Shown here piece by piece: positions 10,277 to 19,271 of a stretch of DNA of 32,000 nt. This DNA comes from Crocosphaera subtropica ATCC 51142 (GTDB lineage Bacteria > Cyanobacteriota > Cyanobacteriia > Cyanobacteriales > Microcystaceae). Both the position numbers and the translations under genes were made by a program. The notes under the pieces are model-generated. The model did no database searches, was not told the DNA's origin, and saw only the letters and a list, made by a program, of their open reading frames with translations. Where the stretch lies: contig NC_010546.1 in NCBI RefSeq assembly GCF_000017845.1, forward strand, positions 4,260,001-4,292,000, written 5' to 3'. Position 1 is the first letter of the stretch; the number at the start of each line of letters is the position of its first letter.

Positions 10277-10600
10277 ATGGCTACCGTAATGGCTACAGAA
10301 AAATTACCTCTTTTGAAAAATGGTGATAGTGGCTCTTCAGTTCGATTCCTTGAACAACTATTATCTTCGATTTATTGGTTTAGTCAAAGACCCAATTGGC
10401 CGACGTTGATTACAGAGAATGTCATCTTTGATGCCAAATACGATGATCAATGTCAAAAGATTGTCAAAGAGTTCCAACAAAACTACAATGCGAACTTTCC
10501 GGCACCAGCACCCCATATCACTGTAGATGGAATTGTTGGCCCTGAAACATGGCAAGCATTAGGTGATGCCATTTTTAGATATACCTATGCGTTCCCATAA
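10277..10600 (+). CDS. Stand-alone peptidoglycan-binding-domain (PG_binding_1-like) protein
   Basis: LLKNGDSGSSVRFLEQLL ... VDGIVGPETWQALG matches the PG_binding_1 pattern. AAGGAGG at 10263-10269 lies 7 nt before ATG 10277 (the track starts at TTG 10271). Confidence 0.6.
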   Translation: MATVMATEKLPLLKNGDSGSSVRFLEQLLSSIYWFSQRPNWPTLITENVIFDAKYDDQCQKIVKEFQQNYNANFPAPAPHITVDGIVGPETWQALGDAIFRYTYAFP

Positions 10601-10644
10601 ATCCGTAAATACGACATGGGTTAATAATTGTTCATAGAAGAGCG

Positions 10645-10668
10645 ATGGGGGGTAAACTAGCCCCCCAT
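10645..10668 (+). terminator. Putative terminator hairpin downstream of the PG-binding ORF
   Basis: ATGGGGGG (10645-10652) / CCCCCCAT (10661-10668): an 8-bp G:C-rich stem with an 8-nt loop. No clean T-run follows. Confidence 0.35.
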
Positions 10669-10795
10669 TATAGTTACTTGGGCATCTTGAACAACTACTC
10701 TATAATTAAGAACAAGTCTTGCTCAAGGCCATGTCATGGTTAAAAGTGAGGTTCTAGCTTTAAAATAATCTAAAAACTTAAAAAATATAGGTTTT

Positions 10796-11569
10796 ATGGA
10801 TGTTATTCCCGCAATCGATCTGCTTGAAGGACGTTGTGTCCGTCTTTATCAAGGGAACTACCAACAATCAGAAGTTTATAACGAAAATCCCGTAGAAGTT
10901 GCACGTCAATGGGCTGATGAAGGGGCAACCCGTTTACATTTAGTAGATTTAGATGGAGCTAAACAAGGTCACCCGGTCAATCTCGATACCATAGAAGCCA
11001 TCGTTAGAGCCATTTCTATTCCTGTACAAGTAGGGGGAGGATTACGAGATCGCCAAAGTATTGCCCAACTCATTGATTTAGGGGTTGATCGCACCATTGT
11101 CGGTACTGTGGCGGTGGAAAATCCTTCTTTGGTGCAAGAACTCTGTCAAGCCTTTCCGAGTAAAATTGCGGTAGGAATCGATGCCCGTAACGGTAAAGTT
11201 GCGACCAGAGGATGGTTAGAAACCTCCGAAGTCTTAGCAACGGAGTTAGCTCAACAAATGGCCGAATTAGGGGTCAGTGCCATTATTTACACCGATATAC
11301 ACCGAGATGGTACCTTACAAGGCCCTAACCGTGAAGCATTGCGAGAATTAGCCAATCATATAAAGATCCCTGTCATTGCTTCAGGGGGTGTTAGTTCGTT
11401 GAGTGATGTCTTAGGCTTGTTAGCCTTAGAACCCATCGGAGTCACCGGTGTGATTATTGGTAAGGCTTTATACACAGGAGATGTCAGCTTAGCCGAAGCA
11501 GTTCACGCCGTTGGACCCGGCCGTTGGCAAGATATCCCCCCTGATCTTGGTTCCTCTGCTTTCGGTTAG
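10796..11569 (+). CDS. hisA: ProFAR isomerase HisA (histidine biosynthesis)
   Basis: [21 protein letters not shown]-terminus, VGGGLR, and the ASGGVSS...IGKALY (beta/alpha)8 phosphate-binding motifs. Confidence 0.93.
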   Translation: MDVIPAIDLLEGRCVRLYQGNYQQSEVYNENPVEVARQWADEGATRLHLVDLDGAKQGHPVNLDTIEAIVRAISIPVQVGGGLRDRQSIAQLIDLGVDRTIVGTVAVENPSLVQELCQAFPSKIAVGIDARNGKVATRGWLETSEVLATELAQQMAELGVSAIIYTDIHRDGTLQGPNREALRELANHIKIPVIASGGVSSLSDVLGLLALEPIGVTGVIIGKALYTGDVSLAEAVHAVGPGRWQDIPPDLGSSAFG

Positions 11570-12036
11570 CGAAGGGTGGGGGGAATTTCGACGGCAGGAC
11601 GGTTTAAAGCAATGGTTAGGGCTTCACTCTCCCCGTGAGTTCGAGCATAACGGGGAAGGAGTCCATCCTGCAAAGAGATATGGGCGATGGAACCAACAAT
11701 AACCGCAGCGATCCCGATACCACTGGCAATCAGACCCCGTTTCCTACGATCTTGACGATCAATGGTATCAAAAACTCCCTGAGATAAGTTGTCTACAGAG
11801 ACAGAACTTTCTGGAACTGAAATCGTGGTTGTTTCTCGTTGAACCCGTAACAGTTGCTTATATAGGTGATGGAATTCAGGATCACTATCAAGCCATTGCT
11901 GAACTTGCTTACGTTCTTGGGCTGTTAATTCCCCATCCATATAGGCACTTAACAACTCAAAACGCTCAAACTGATTATCCATATTACTTGAATCAGTGGG
12001 CGAAAGCCCTTGGTTGTGTTCAAAATTAGACATCAT
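11566..12036 (-). CDS. Membrane-anchored anti-sigma factor (no Zn-binding motif)
   Basis: Anti-sigma N-terminal domain [26 protein letters not shown], one TM helix ([19 protein letters not shown]) and a short C-terminal tail. Located 111 nt downstream of an ECF sigma gene. Confidence 0.7.
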   Translation of the reverse strand: MMSNFEHNQGLSPTDSSNMDNQFERFELLSAYMDGELTAQERKQVQQWLDSDPEFHHLYKQLLRVQRETTTISVPESSVSVDNLSQGVFDTIDRQDRRKRGLIASGIGIAAVIVGSIAHISLQDGLLPRYARTHGESEALTIALNRPAVEIPPTLR

Positions 12037-12147
12037 GATTAACCTCTCCTAGATCCTCCAAGATCCTTAATTGCGGAGACGAATGCCCTGATGAGCATAG
12101 TCATGACACCCCTCACAGATGATTAATTGAGAGAATGATTATCTCAA

Positions 12148-12813
12148 TTAATCAATATATTTTTGTAAAACTGTTTGTAATTTACCTCTAGCCCTAGCAA
12201 TACGGGACTTAACCGTACCCAAAGAAACCCCAGTCATTTCTGCAATTTCTTCATAGGCTAACCCTTCGATTTCTCTTAAAACGATGGTGGTTCTAAAGGC
12301 TTCAGGTAAATCAGCGATCGCTACTTTAAGGCGATCATAAAATTCACGGGTGGCTAAATTGTCATCAGGACTAGGATAGTCCGAAACAATATCCCATTCT
12401 ATCTCTCCATCATCAACCCGACGAGGGGCATCGAGGGAGATAGGATGGCTAACCCGCTTACGCTTACGCAATTCATCATAGAATAAATTAGTAGCAATAC
12501 GGCTCAACCAACCACGAAACTTAACAGGTTCATTAAGACGTTTGATGTTACGGTAAACACGAATCCAAACTTCTTGGGCGAGATCAGCCCGATCTTGCCA
12601 ATCAGGGGCTAGATGATAGAGTATTCTCTCTACATGGGATTGATAACGGTTTAAAAGTTCAGCAAACGCAGCACGATCTGGTTTAGATCCCTCTTGACAC
12701 CTGACAATCAAATCGTAATTTGAGAGTTTTTCTGGGGACACCACCGACTTCTGTCGCCAGGAGCGAAGTAGTCCCTCATGTCCTGTAATTGCTTGACTCA
12801 TAAGTTTACCCAA
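12148..12813 (-). CDS. ECF-type RNA polymerase sigma-70 family factor (SigG-like)
   Basis: Sigma region 2 (DLAQEVWIRVYRNI) and region 4 HTH (YEEIAEMTGVSLGTVKSRIARAR). TTG start 9 nt after GAGGAG; an alternative ATG lies at 12801. Confidence 0.87.
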   Translation of the reverse strand: MGKLMSQAITGHEGLLRSWRQKSVVSPEKLSNYDLIVRCQEGSKPDRAAFAELLNRYQSHVERILYHLAPDWQDRADLAQEVWIRVYRNIKRLNEPVKFRGWLSRIATNLFYDELRKRKRVSHPISLDAPRRVDDGEIEWDIVSDYPSPDDNLATREFYDRLKVAIADLPEAFRTTIVLREIEGLAYEEIAEMTGVSLGTVKSRIARARGKLQTVLQKYID

Positions 12814-12842
12814 CGCATAATTCTCCTCACGTTAGCATCCTA

Positions 12843-12868
12843 GACGCAGAAGTTCAAATTAGGGTTCC
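12843..12868 (-). promoter_or_regulatory. Candidate ECF-type autoregulated promoter (GGAAC-N17-CGTC)
   Basis: The minus strand reads GGGGAACCCTAATTTGAACTTCTGCGTCTA. GGAAC (12864-12868) and CGTC (12843-12846) are separated by 17 nt, about 30 nt upstream of the sigma start. A second GGAACC sits at 12872-12877. Confidence 0.3.
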
Positions 12869-12930
12869 CCAGGTTCCAATGTTTGAGGGTAGGAACTATA
12901 CTTCGACTAATCTTTATTATTAGTTGGTTA

Positions 12931-13452
12931 TTAATCAGGGGCTAAAGATTTAAGCATATCGGTCATATTTTTAAGAATATCACTGCGTTGCTGTTGTTCA
13001 ATTGGTCTTCTATTGGGAATATTCGGACGTTCAAAATAGCGTTGAATTCCTTCTTTAACTTGTTGAGCGATCAAGGTTTTTAATTCTTCTTTTGCCCGTT
13101 GTCTTTGATAGTCTGCTCCTTCGTGGGTGGTAGCGTAAAGAGGCGGTAAACGGTTGAGAGCATAAGCAGCAATATCGCCAATATCAAGCTGACAGGATTC
13201 TTTAGATTCTTGTTGAGCTATCTGGGACATTGCTTCACTTAAGACCAATTCTTCCATAACGTTAATAAACTGTTTTCGCGGAACTGCTTTGACTTCTCCT
13301 GTCAATAAAGCTCCCATCAGATGGTCTAATGCCATATATTCTTCTATGGATAAGTCTGAAGCAGATTCACAGATTTTTCCCACCTCATCTTCCATTATGG
13401 GTGTCAAATAGCCATCTTTCAGTGCGTTTTCGACAATTTTTTGAATGCTCAT
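12931..13452 (-). CDS. ComFB-domain protein (candidate cyclic-dinucleotide receptor family)
   Basis: ComFB hallmarks NVMEELV and DIAAYALNRLPPLYATT. The track starts at TTG 13473; the first ATG is at 13452 (MSIQKIV...). Confidence 0.7.
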   Translation of the reverse strand: MSIQKIVENALKDGYLTPIMEDEVGKICESASDLSIEEYMALDHLMGALLTGEVKAVPRKQFINVMEELVLSEAMSQIAQQESKESCQLDIGDIAAYALNRLPPLYATTHEGADYQRQRAKEELKTLIAQQVKEGIQRYFERPNIPNRRPIEQQQRSDILKNMTDMLKSLAPD

Positions 13453-13585
13453 AGATTTGTTGTTTACTGACAAGTGGAGCAGTCTGTGAATAGTAGTTAT
13501 TCCCAGATTACCCAGTTTTTAACTAAAAGTTTCAACCCAACAAAATTGATCTCTTCTTTCACCATAAAAGACCCATCTCATCCAA

Positions 13586-13798
13586 TTAAGGAGCGGGTTT
13601 AATATAGATAAGGGCTTGTCGCCAAATTAATAGGGATTGATTGGACTCATCAACAACACAAAGACATTGGGGATCTTGCCATAACACTTGACCGGTGATG
13701 GTTTCGGCAGTGGTGAGTTGAATAATAATTTTTTGTTGATCTTTAATGAATGTTTGAACTTGTCGAACACTTGGCAACCCCGTATCAAATTCAGTCAT
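13586..13798 (-). CDS. hfq: Cyanobacterial Hfq homolog
   Basis: 70 aa. MTEFDTGLPSVRQVQTFIKDQ closely resembles my recollection of the Synechocystis Ssr3341 N-terminus (FDSGLPSVRQVQ). Sm-like size, divergent to dapF. Confidence 0.8.
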   Translation of the reverse strand: MTEFDTGLPSVRQVQTFIKDQQKIIIQLTTAETITGQVLWQDPQCLCVVDESNQSLLIWRQALIYIKPAP

Positions 13799-13902
13799 GA
13801 GTTCAAGGGATATGAATAGCAGTTATTTCTATTATCAGCGATCGCTTGCCCTTCTCTGTGGGTTAATTGATAATTGTTTATATAACGCTTATTGAACTCA
13901 TT

Positions 13903-14739
13903 ATGGAATTTACTAAGTATCAAGGTCTAGGCAATGATTTTATTTTAGTGGACAATCGCCATAGTTCCACCCCTTTATTATCCCCAGACGAAGCAGTGAA
14001 GTTATGCGATCGCCATTTTGGTATTGGGGCCGATGGGGTGATTTTTGCTTTACCAGGAGATGATCAGAGTGATTACACCATGCGGATTTTTAATTCTGAT
14101 GGTTCAGAACCGCAAATGTGTGGTAATGGTATTCGTTGTTTAGCTCGTTTTTTAGCAAAATTGGAAGGCGTTGAAACAGTAGGAAAATCTTACCGTATTC
14201 AAACCTTAGCCGGAATCATTATTCCTCGTTTAGAAGAAGAAGGACAGGTCAAGGTAGATATGGGAAACCCGTTTTTATTGGCCAAAGAAATTCCTACAAC
14301 TTTAACCAAAGGAGAAGAAAAAGTCATTAATCAATTCTTAGAAGTAGGGGGTCAGTCTTGGTCTGTCACTTGTGTGAGTATGGGTAATCCTCACTGTATT
14401 ACGTTTGTGGAGAATGTGGCGACGATTCCTTTAGAAACCATTGGGCCGATGTTTGAACATCATTCTGTGTTTCCAGAACGGACAAATACGGAGTTTATTG
14501 AGGTCGTTCGGTCTGATTATCTAAAAATGCGGGTATGGGAACGAGGCGCAGGAATTACGTTGGCCTGTGGAACCGGCGCTTGTGCGTCTGTGGTAGCAGG
14601 GGTTTTGACGGGAAATTGCGATCGCCTATGTACAGTGGAATTACCGGGAGGATGTTTAACCATTGAATGGTCTGAACAAGATAACCGACTCTATATGACG
14701 GGTCCTGCTGAAGCGGTGTTTACAGGGGTTATCGGTTAA
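13903..14739 (+). CDS. dapF: Diaminopimelate epimerase
   Basis: [18 protein letters not shown], plus the catalytic Cys motifs [16 protein letters not shown] and ACGTGACAS. The 12-codon extension in the track is probably not translated. Confidence 0.92.
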   Translation: MEFTKYQGLGNDFILVDNRHSSTPLLSPDEAVKLCDRHFGIGADGVIFALPGDDQSDYTMRIFNSDGSEPQMCGNGIRCLARFLAKLEGVETVGKSYRIQTLAGIIIPRLEEEGQVKVDMGNPFLLAKEIPTTLTKGEEKVINQFLEVGGQSWSVTCVSMGNPHCITFVENVATIPLETIGPMFEHHSVFPERTNTEFIEVVRSDYLKMRVWERGAGITLACGTGACASVVAGVLTGNCDRLCTVELPGGCLTIEWSEQDNRLYMTGPAEAVFTGVIG

Positions 14740-14839
14740 TCGTTAACAATCAATTTTTTTGAGTGATCTACGGAGTGTAACTCATGAGTCGAACAGCCAT
14801 CCATCTTACTTACGAAAGAGACTACTACTGATCTTGTAG

Positions 14840-14864
14840 GTTGGGTAGAGGAACGAAACCCAAC
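14840..14864. repeat. Intergenic hairpin GTTGGGT-N11-ACCCAAC between convergent dapF and the PBP gene
   Basis: A 7-bp perfect stem (14840-14846 / 14858-14864). No flanking T-run on the appropriate side of either strand. It underlies the spurious ORF 14736..14957 (…GFRSSTQPT…). Confidence 0.35.
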
Positions 14865-14883
14865 AAAACAATGTAAGAAATTA

Positions 14884-17106
14884 CTAAGGACGATGATAGT
14901 TTCCCCAAAGGGCTGCTGCTTGACCACTACTGCCTTTTGTCGCTGAATTATCGTCATTCCCTAACCAAACCCCTGTAGCTAGGTGTTTACGGGGAATATA
15001 GCCGATAAACCAAAGATCAACCGCGCGATCGGTGGTGCCTGTTTTCCCTGCTTCCCCTAACCCAACACTCGCAGCGCGTCCGGTTCCGTTACTGATAACA
15101 CCTCGCAACATACTGGTCATGGTTTGGGCAACTTGAGGAGAGATGGCCTGTTGTCTAGCACTATTATCGGTCTGAAAATTATAAATTTCTCGACAGGTGC
15201 GCCAGTCCTCATTATTGGTGCAGTCCCCTCCGTCTAAAATGCGACGAATGGCGTGGGGACGTTGCCATAAACCGTCGTTAGCCACCGCAGCATAGGCCCC
15301 CGTCATTTCTAAAACACTGACCTCACTCTGACCTAAAATCAGCCCTGGAACGGCTTGTAATTCGGAGTGAACTCCTAACCTTTGGGCTACATCTACCACC
15401 CGGTTTAACCCTGCTTCTCTGGCTACTTGTAGGGCGATGGTATTCTCCGACTGTGCCATCCCTCCATACATATCCGTTGCCCCACTACTGCGTTCACAGG
15501 GTTTATAGGCTTGGCCTTGCCATCTAATGCCACCGCAACTATAGGATTTTCCGGGAGAAATCCCTTTTTCTAGGGCTGCAGCATAGGCAAACAGTTTAAA
15601 GGTTGATCCAGGTTGTCGTTTGGCTTGGGTGACGCGGTTAAACTGACTTTGTTTATAGTCTGTACCTCCCACAAGGGCTAATATTTCCCCGGTTCGGGTA
15701 TCTAACGTGACCATGGCCCCGTTAGAAAAGCCATAGGTTGCCCCTTGGGTTTTAACCGCTTCAAGTAACTTTTTTTCGGCTAATGCCTGTCTGTTTAAAT
15801 CGAGTCCAGTTTCTACAATAAAGTTACCTTCTTTAGCAATTTCTGTCCCTAATAATTGCCGTAACTCTTGAAAAACATGGGCGTAGAAATAGGGCGCTTT
15901 ACTGTTGGCTAAGGCTTTTCTGGCTTCGGGACTGATGTTAATACGCGATCGCCTGGCCCGGGCTGCTTCTTCAGGGGAGATCATTCTCAAGGTTGCCATG
16001 CGATCAATGACCCGATTTCTCAACTGTACCGAAGTGTCATAATCTTGCACAGGGTTATATAAGTTGGGGGCCGGTAACATCGCTACGAGGGTGGCAGCTT
16101 CGGCAATATCGAGTTCGGTGGCCGACTTATCAAAATAGAATTGGGCCGCATCTTCAAACCCATAGTTACCGACACCCAGATAAACACGGTTTAGATAGGT
16201 TTTGAGCAGAAAATCTTTACTATAAACCGCTTCTAATTTTAAGGCGACAATCATCTCTCTAATTTTACGTTGAGCGGTGTTTTCCCGTCCCACTTCTGGG
16301 AATAAACTACGGGCGAGTTGTTGAGTGAGGGTACTGGCCCCTTGACGAATACCATCATCTTTCAAATTGACCACCATCGCCCTCAAAATACCGTAGGGAT
16401 CAACGCCAAAATGCCAGTAGAAGCGACTATCTTCGGAGGCAATGACGGCTTGGGTCAAATGGGGAGAAAAGTCCTTTAAACGGTCAATTTCATGGTGAGG
16501 ATCGTCGCTGAGGGGACTCAAAGGGGTTTCCCCATCCCTGGCGTAAACCACAACTGGCCCACTGACTCCAGAAGGCAAGGGACGGACTGTAATTTTACTG
16601 GTTTCCCACAATAACCAGGCTATTAATAGGGTGATTAATGATCCGGTACCATAGAAACCGTATCGTAGCCACTGCATCCATTTTGGGGGTGGATTATGGT
16701 AAGTTAATGTGGCAAGATCCTTTAATTCTGGTGGGCCAAAAGTAAGGGTGTCTCCATGACGCAGAGATAAGTTTTTAACCCGTCGTTTGCCTAAATAAAC
16801 GCCATTAGTGGAGTTTTCATCTTTAATAATGAAGTGACGGGGGTTCTTTTGATCTCGATGCAAAGAACAATGGACTTGACTGACAATAGGGTGAAGTATC
16901 TTGATGTCTGTGTGTCTCGAACTCCGACCAATAATATAGCGATCGCCAATTAAAGCGTAGGTGATAAGTTTTTCTTTTGGGCTTTCTTTAACCCTTATTT
17001 CTGGGACTTTTGCCCCTTTTTTTAACACCTGTGTCTTGGGGTTTGATTTAACCAAGTTTTGTACTGCTTGGGTTAACAGTTGGCTTAAGGGTTGCTGTTG
17101 ACTCAT
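14884..17106 (-). CDS. Class A penicillin-binding protein (GT51 transglycosylase + transpeptidase) with an N-terminal cytoplasmic FHA domain
   Basis: FHA: YIIGRSSRHTDIKI...NSTNGVYLGKRRV...GDTLTFG. TM helix: GTGSLITLLIAWLLW. GT51: EDSRFYWHFGVDP, GASTLTQQLARS. Transpeptidase: STFK, SEN, KTGTT. Confidence 0.9.
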   Translation of the reverse strand: MSQQQPLSQLLTQAVQNLVKSNPKTQVLKKGAKVPEIRVKESPKEKLITYALIGDRYIIGRSSRHTDIKILHPIVSQVHCSLHRDQKNPRHFIIKDENSTNGVYLGKRRVKNLSLRHGDTLTFGPPELKDLATLTYHNPPPKWMQWLRYGFYGTGSLITLLIAWLLWETSKITVRPLPSGVSGPVVVYARDGETPLSPLSDDPHHEIDRLKDFSPHLTQAVIASEDSRFYWHFGVDPYGILRAMVVNLKDDGIRQGASTLTQQLARSLFPEVGRENTAQRKIREMIVALKLEAVYSKDFLLKTYLNRVYLGVGNYGFEDAAQFYFDKSATELDIAEAATLVAMLPAPNLYNPVQDYDTSVQLRNRVIDRMATLRMISPEEAARARRSRINISPEARKALANSKAPYFYAHVFQELRQLLGTEIAKEGNFIVETGLDLNRQALAEKKLLEAVKTQGATYGFSNGAMVTLDTRTGEILALVGGTDYKQSQFNRVTQAKRQPGSTFKLFAYAAALEKGISPGKSYSCGGIRWQGQAYKPCERSSGATDMYGGMAQSENTIALQVAREAGLNRVVDVAQRLGVHSELQAVPGLILGQSEVSVLEMTGAYAAVANDGLWQRPHAIRRILDGGDCTNNEDWRTCREIYNFQTDNSARQQAISPQVAQTMTSMLRGVISNGTGRAASVGLGEAGKTGTTDRAVDLWFIGYIPRKHLATGVWLGNDDNSATKGSSGQAAALWGNYHRP

Positions 17107-17459
17107 ATTGAGATATAGCGATCGCTATTTGGGTATTCTAGCTTACCTATTATAAAGACGATGATCCCTCTTGTGAGTGTTTCCTGTTTCTGGGTAATAG
17201 AGTGAACAGATTAATACAGCAGTTTGCGACTTAATAAGGTATAAAAGATTAATTTGTCTAAAGTGTACTTTAATGACTTGCAAATTAGTGTAAGTGAGTA
17301 CACAAAATTAATTGCACCAACAAAGGGTGATCAATCATACTATAAATGATGAGCAGAAATGTAAACAAAGAAGGTTGATAGCCTATCTATTTTGCGATAT
17401 TAATCTGTTAAATTACGAGGTTTAATGAGTGAATGTACGTTTTAAAAGCGGATTTCGTA

Positions 17460-17726
17460 TTATTCAACTACAATACACCATTCATGTAATTCGTACTCAA
17501 CACAATTATTGACAATTAGGGGATCTTTTTTAATAATTGTTTCTGCTTCTTCTAAAGAAGCAGCTTTAAATAATAACATCCCTCCCCCATAGTCTCCCCA
17601 ATACCCCGTTTTTGCTTCATGTCCTTGATTGATTAAATCAAGGACATATTTTTTATGTGCAGGAACATATTGATCAAAGATTTTTTTATTAACAATTCCT
17701 GTTTCAATTTTTACAAACCAAGGCAT
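17460..17726 (-). CDS. YciI-like (YCII-related) small protein
   Basis: 88 aa with a dimeric alpha+beta-barrel-type pattern (H...GYWGDYGGGMLLFKAASLEEAETIIKKDP). 47 nt downstream of bioC. Confidence 0.55.
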   Translation of the reverse strand: MPWFVKIETGIVNKKIFDQYVPAHKKYVLDLINQGHEAKTGYWGDYGGGMLLFKAASLEEAETIIKKDPLIVNNCVEYELHEWCIVVE

Positions 17727-17773
17727 AATTAACAGTAATAATAAGAGGTCATTTGGTAGCTTATATTAGTCTA

Positions 17774-18598
17774 TCATATTAACTGAATTCCCAAAAAAGT
17801 CACGTCATAAGTTGCTTGTATTTTGTTTGGATAACAATTATGATTCCAATGATTGATTAACTCTTTCATTTGCCAATTTGACAGTTTGTCTTGCTTTAAA
17901 TTGCATCCAGCACCGATCATCTTAAGACTTCTGAAAAAATCGGTAGCATTTTTATATTTCATGGAAACTTGTTCTTCATAAAGATAAATTTTATGGGATG
18001 GAATGGATAGTTTTTGAATCAATTCTATGGTATTTGGCAACTCATTTCTGGTAAAGGGTAAATTCAATTCATAACACATCTTTTTCCACTCAGGAAAACT
18101 TTTATCATTAGGAAAAGCAATTAATAAGAGTCCTTGATGTTGTAGTGTATTGATTAAACGATTTAAGCTATTAATAATATCTTGAAACCACTGTATGGTG
18201 AAGCTACTAACAATTGCAGAATAACTATTAGAATCTGTATTTATTGTTTCTCCATCTCTTTGTCGAAATTGAATTAACTTTTTTTGTTGTTCAGAAATTT
18301 GTAGATTTTTTTCACAAAATTTGAGCATTTCATCGGAAATATCAATAATATCTAAAAAGTGTTTAGGAAACTGTTTCATAAGTCCTTGTGTGACAAAACC
18401 TGTACCACAGCCAATTTCTAAAATTGATCCTTCAGGAATAGAATCACGATAATTTTGTGCTATTTGTAATAACTTGTCTGCACATTCTTTTTGAACTTCC
18501 GAATGAGATAAATAGTTTTTAACTCCTTTACTAAAGTTATTGGCTATTTTTTCTTTTTGACAGGACTTAGTTAATTCAATAAGTACCATAGTTTTCAA
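17774..18598 (-). CDS. bioC: SAM-dependent methyltransferase, probable malonyl-ACP O-methyltransferase BioC
   Basis: SAM motif I ILEIGCGTGFVT. The N-terminal FSKGVKNYLSHSEVQ resembles the BioC signature. Positioned in a bioF-esterase-bioC cluster. Confidence 0.7.
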   Translation of the reverse strand: MKTMVLIELTKSCQKEKIANNFSKGVKNYLSHSEVQKECADKLLQIAQNYRDSIPEGSILEIGCGTGFVTQGLMKQFPKHFLDIIDISDEMLKFCEKNLQISEQQKKLIQFRQRDGETINTDSNSYSAIVSSFTIQWFQDIINSLNRLINTLQHQGLLLIAFPNDKSFPEWKKMCYELNLPFTRNELPNTIELIQKLSIPSHKIYLYEEQVSMKYKNATDFFRSLKMIGAGCNLKQDKLSNWQMKELINHWNHNCYPNKIQATYDVTFLGIQLI

Positions 18599-19271
18599 GT
18601 TCTCCTAATGCTTGGTTGACAATGGGTAAGCAAGACTGTATGTCAGTAAAAGGTAAGGTATGTCCAACCCCCTCCACGTTAAAATATTGACTATTATGAC
18701 TTAATTGATTGAAAAGTTCTTGAGCATGGGATGGGTTAATAATACGATCTTTTGAACTTTGAATTATATAAATTTTAGGTGCTTTTTTAAGACTATTTAT
18801 ATCTACAATAGATGTATTTAATAACTCTAAATCTTTACCCAGTTTTTCCCAGTCCACAGTATCACAATTTATATTTACCGAAGAAAAAGGATAGTAACAT
18901 TTTTTATAAAAGGATTCTAAAACAGTTTTAGGATTATTATTAAACTCATTTATCATTAACTGTAAGGCATTTTTTGATCGTTTTTTTTGTTTTTCTTTTT
19001 CAGGATGAAAGTGAGCAAAACTATTAAATAAGATTATTAAATTAGCTTGTTTAAGAATTTCTAAATAGCATAAATGTAAGCCAAATGAATGAGCAAAAAT
19101 AATCTTTATTTTCTCAGTGTCATCAAAGTATGGTGTATATTTTTGATCAAAATACCCTCTGTCGTAAGTTTTAAATAGAAAATTACTTGATAAAATTTCT
19201 TGCCATTCTTTCCAGCAATTTCTATCAAACCCCCAACCATGATAAGCGATAATTTCCCCTTTATGACTCAT
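18576..19271 (-). CDS. Alpha/beta-hydrolase, candidate pimeloyl-ACP methyl ester esterase (BioH/BioG/BioK functional class)
   Basis: Ser-Asp-His order: AHSFGL nucleophile elbow, SSKDRII, GVGHTLPF. Sandwiched between bioF and bioC, overlapping them by 11 nt and 23 nt. Confidence 0.55.
   Translation of the reverse strand: MSHKGEIIAYHGWGFDRNCWKEWQEILSSNFLFKTYDRGYFDQKYTPYFDDTEKIKIIFAHSFGLHLCYLEILKQANLIILFNSFAHFHPEKEKQKKRSKNALQLMINEFNNNPKTVLESFYKKCYYPFSSVNINCDTVDWEKLGKDLELLNTSIVDINSLKKAPKIYIIQSSKDRIINPSHAQELFNQLSHNSQYFNVEGVGHTLPFTDIQSCLPIVNQALGELENYGTY

Noticed and set aside
14736..14957. Track ORF 14736..14957 (-), 73 aa, containing ...VGFRSSTQPTRS....
   Set aside because: It overlaps the 3' end of the PBP gene and is created by reading through the intergenic GTTGGGT/ACCCAAC hairpin. 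This is a typical repeat-derived pseudo-ORF.
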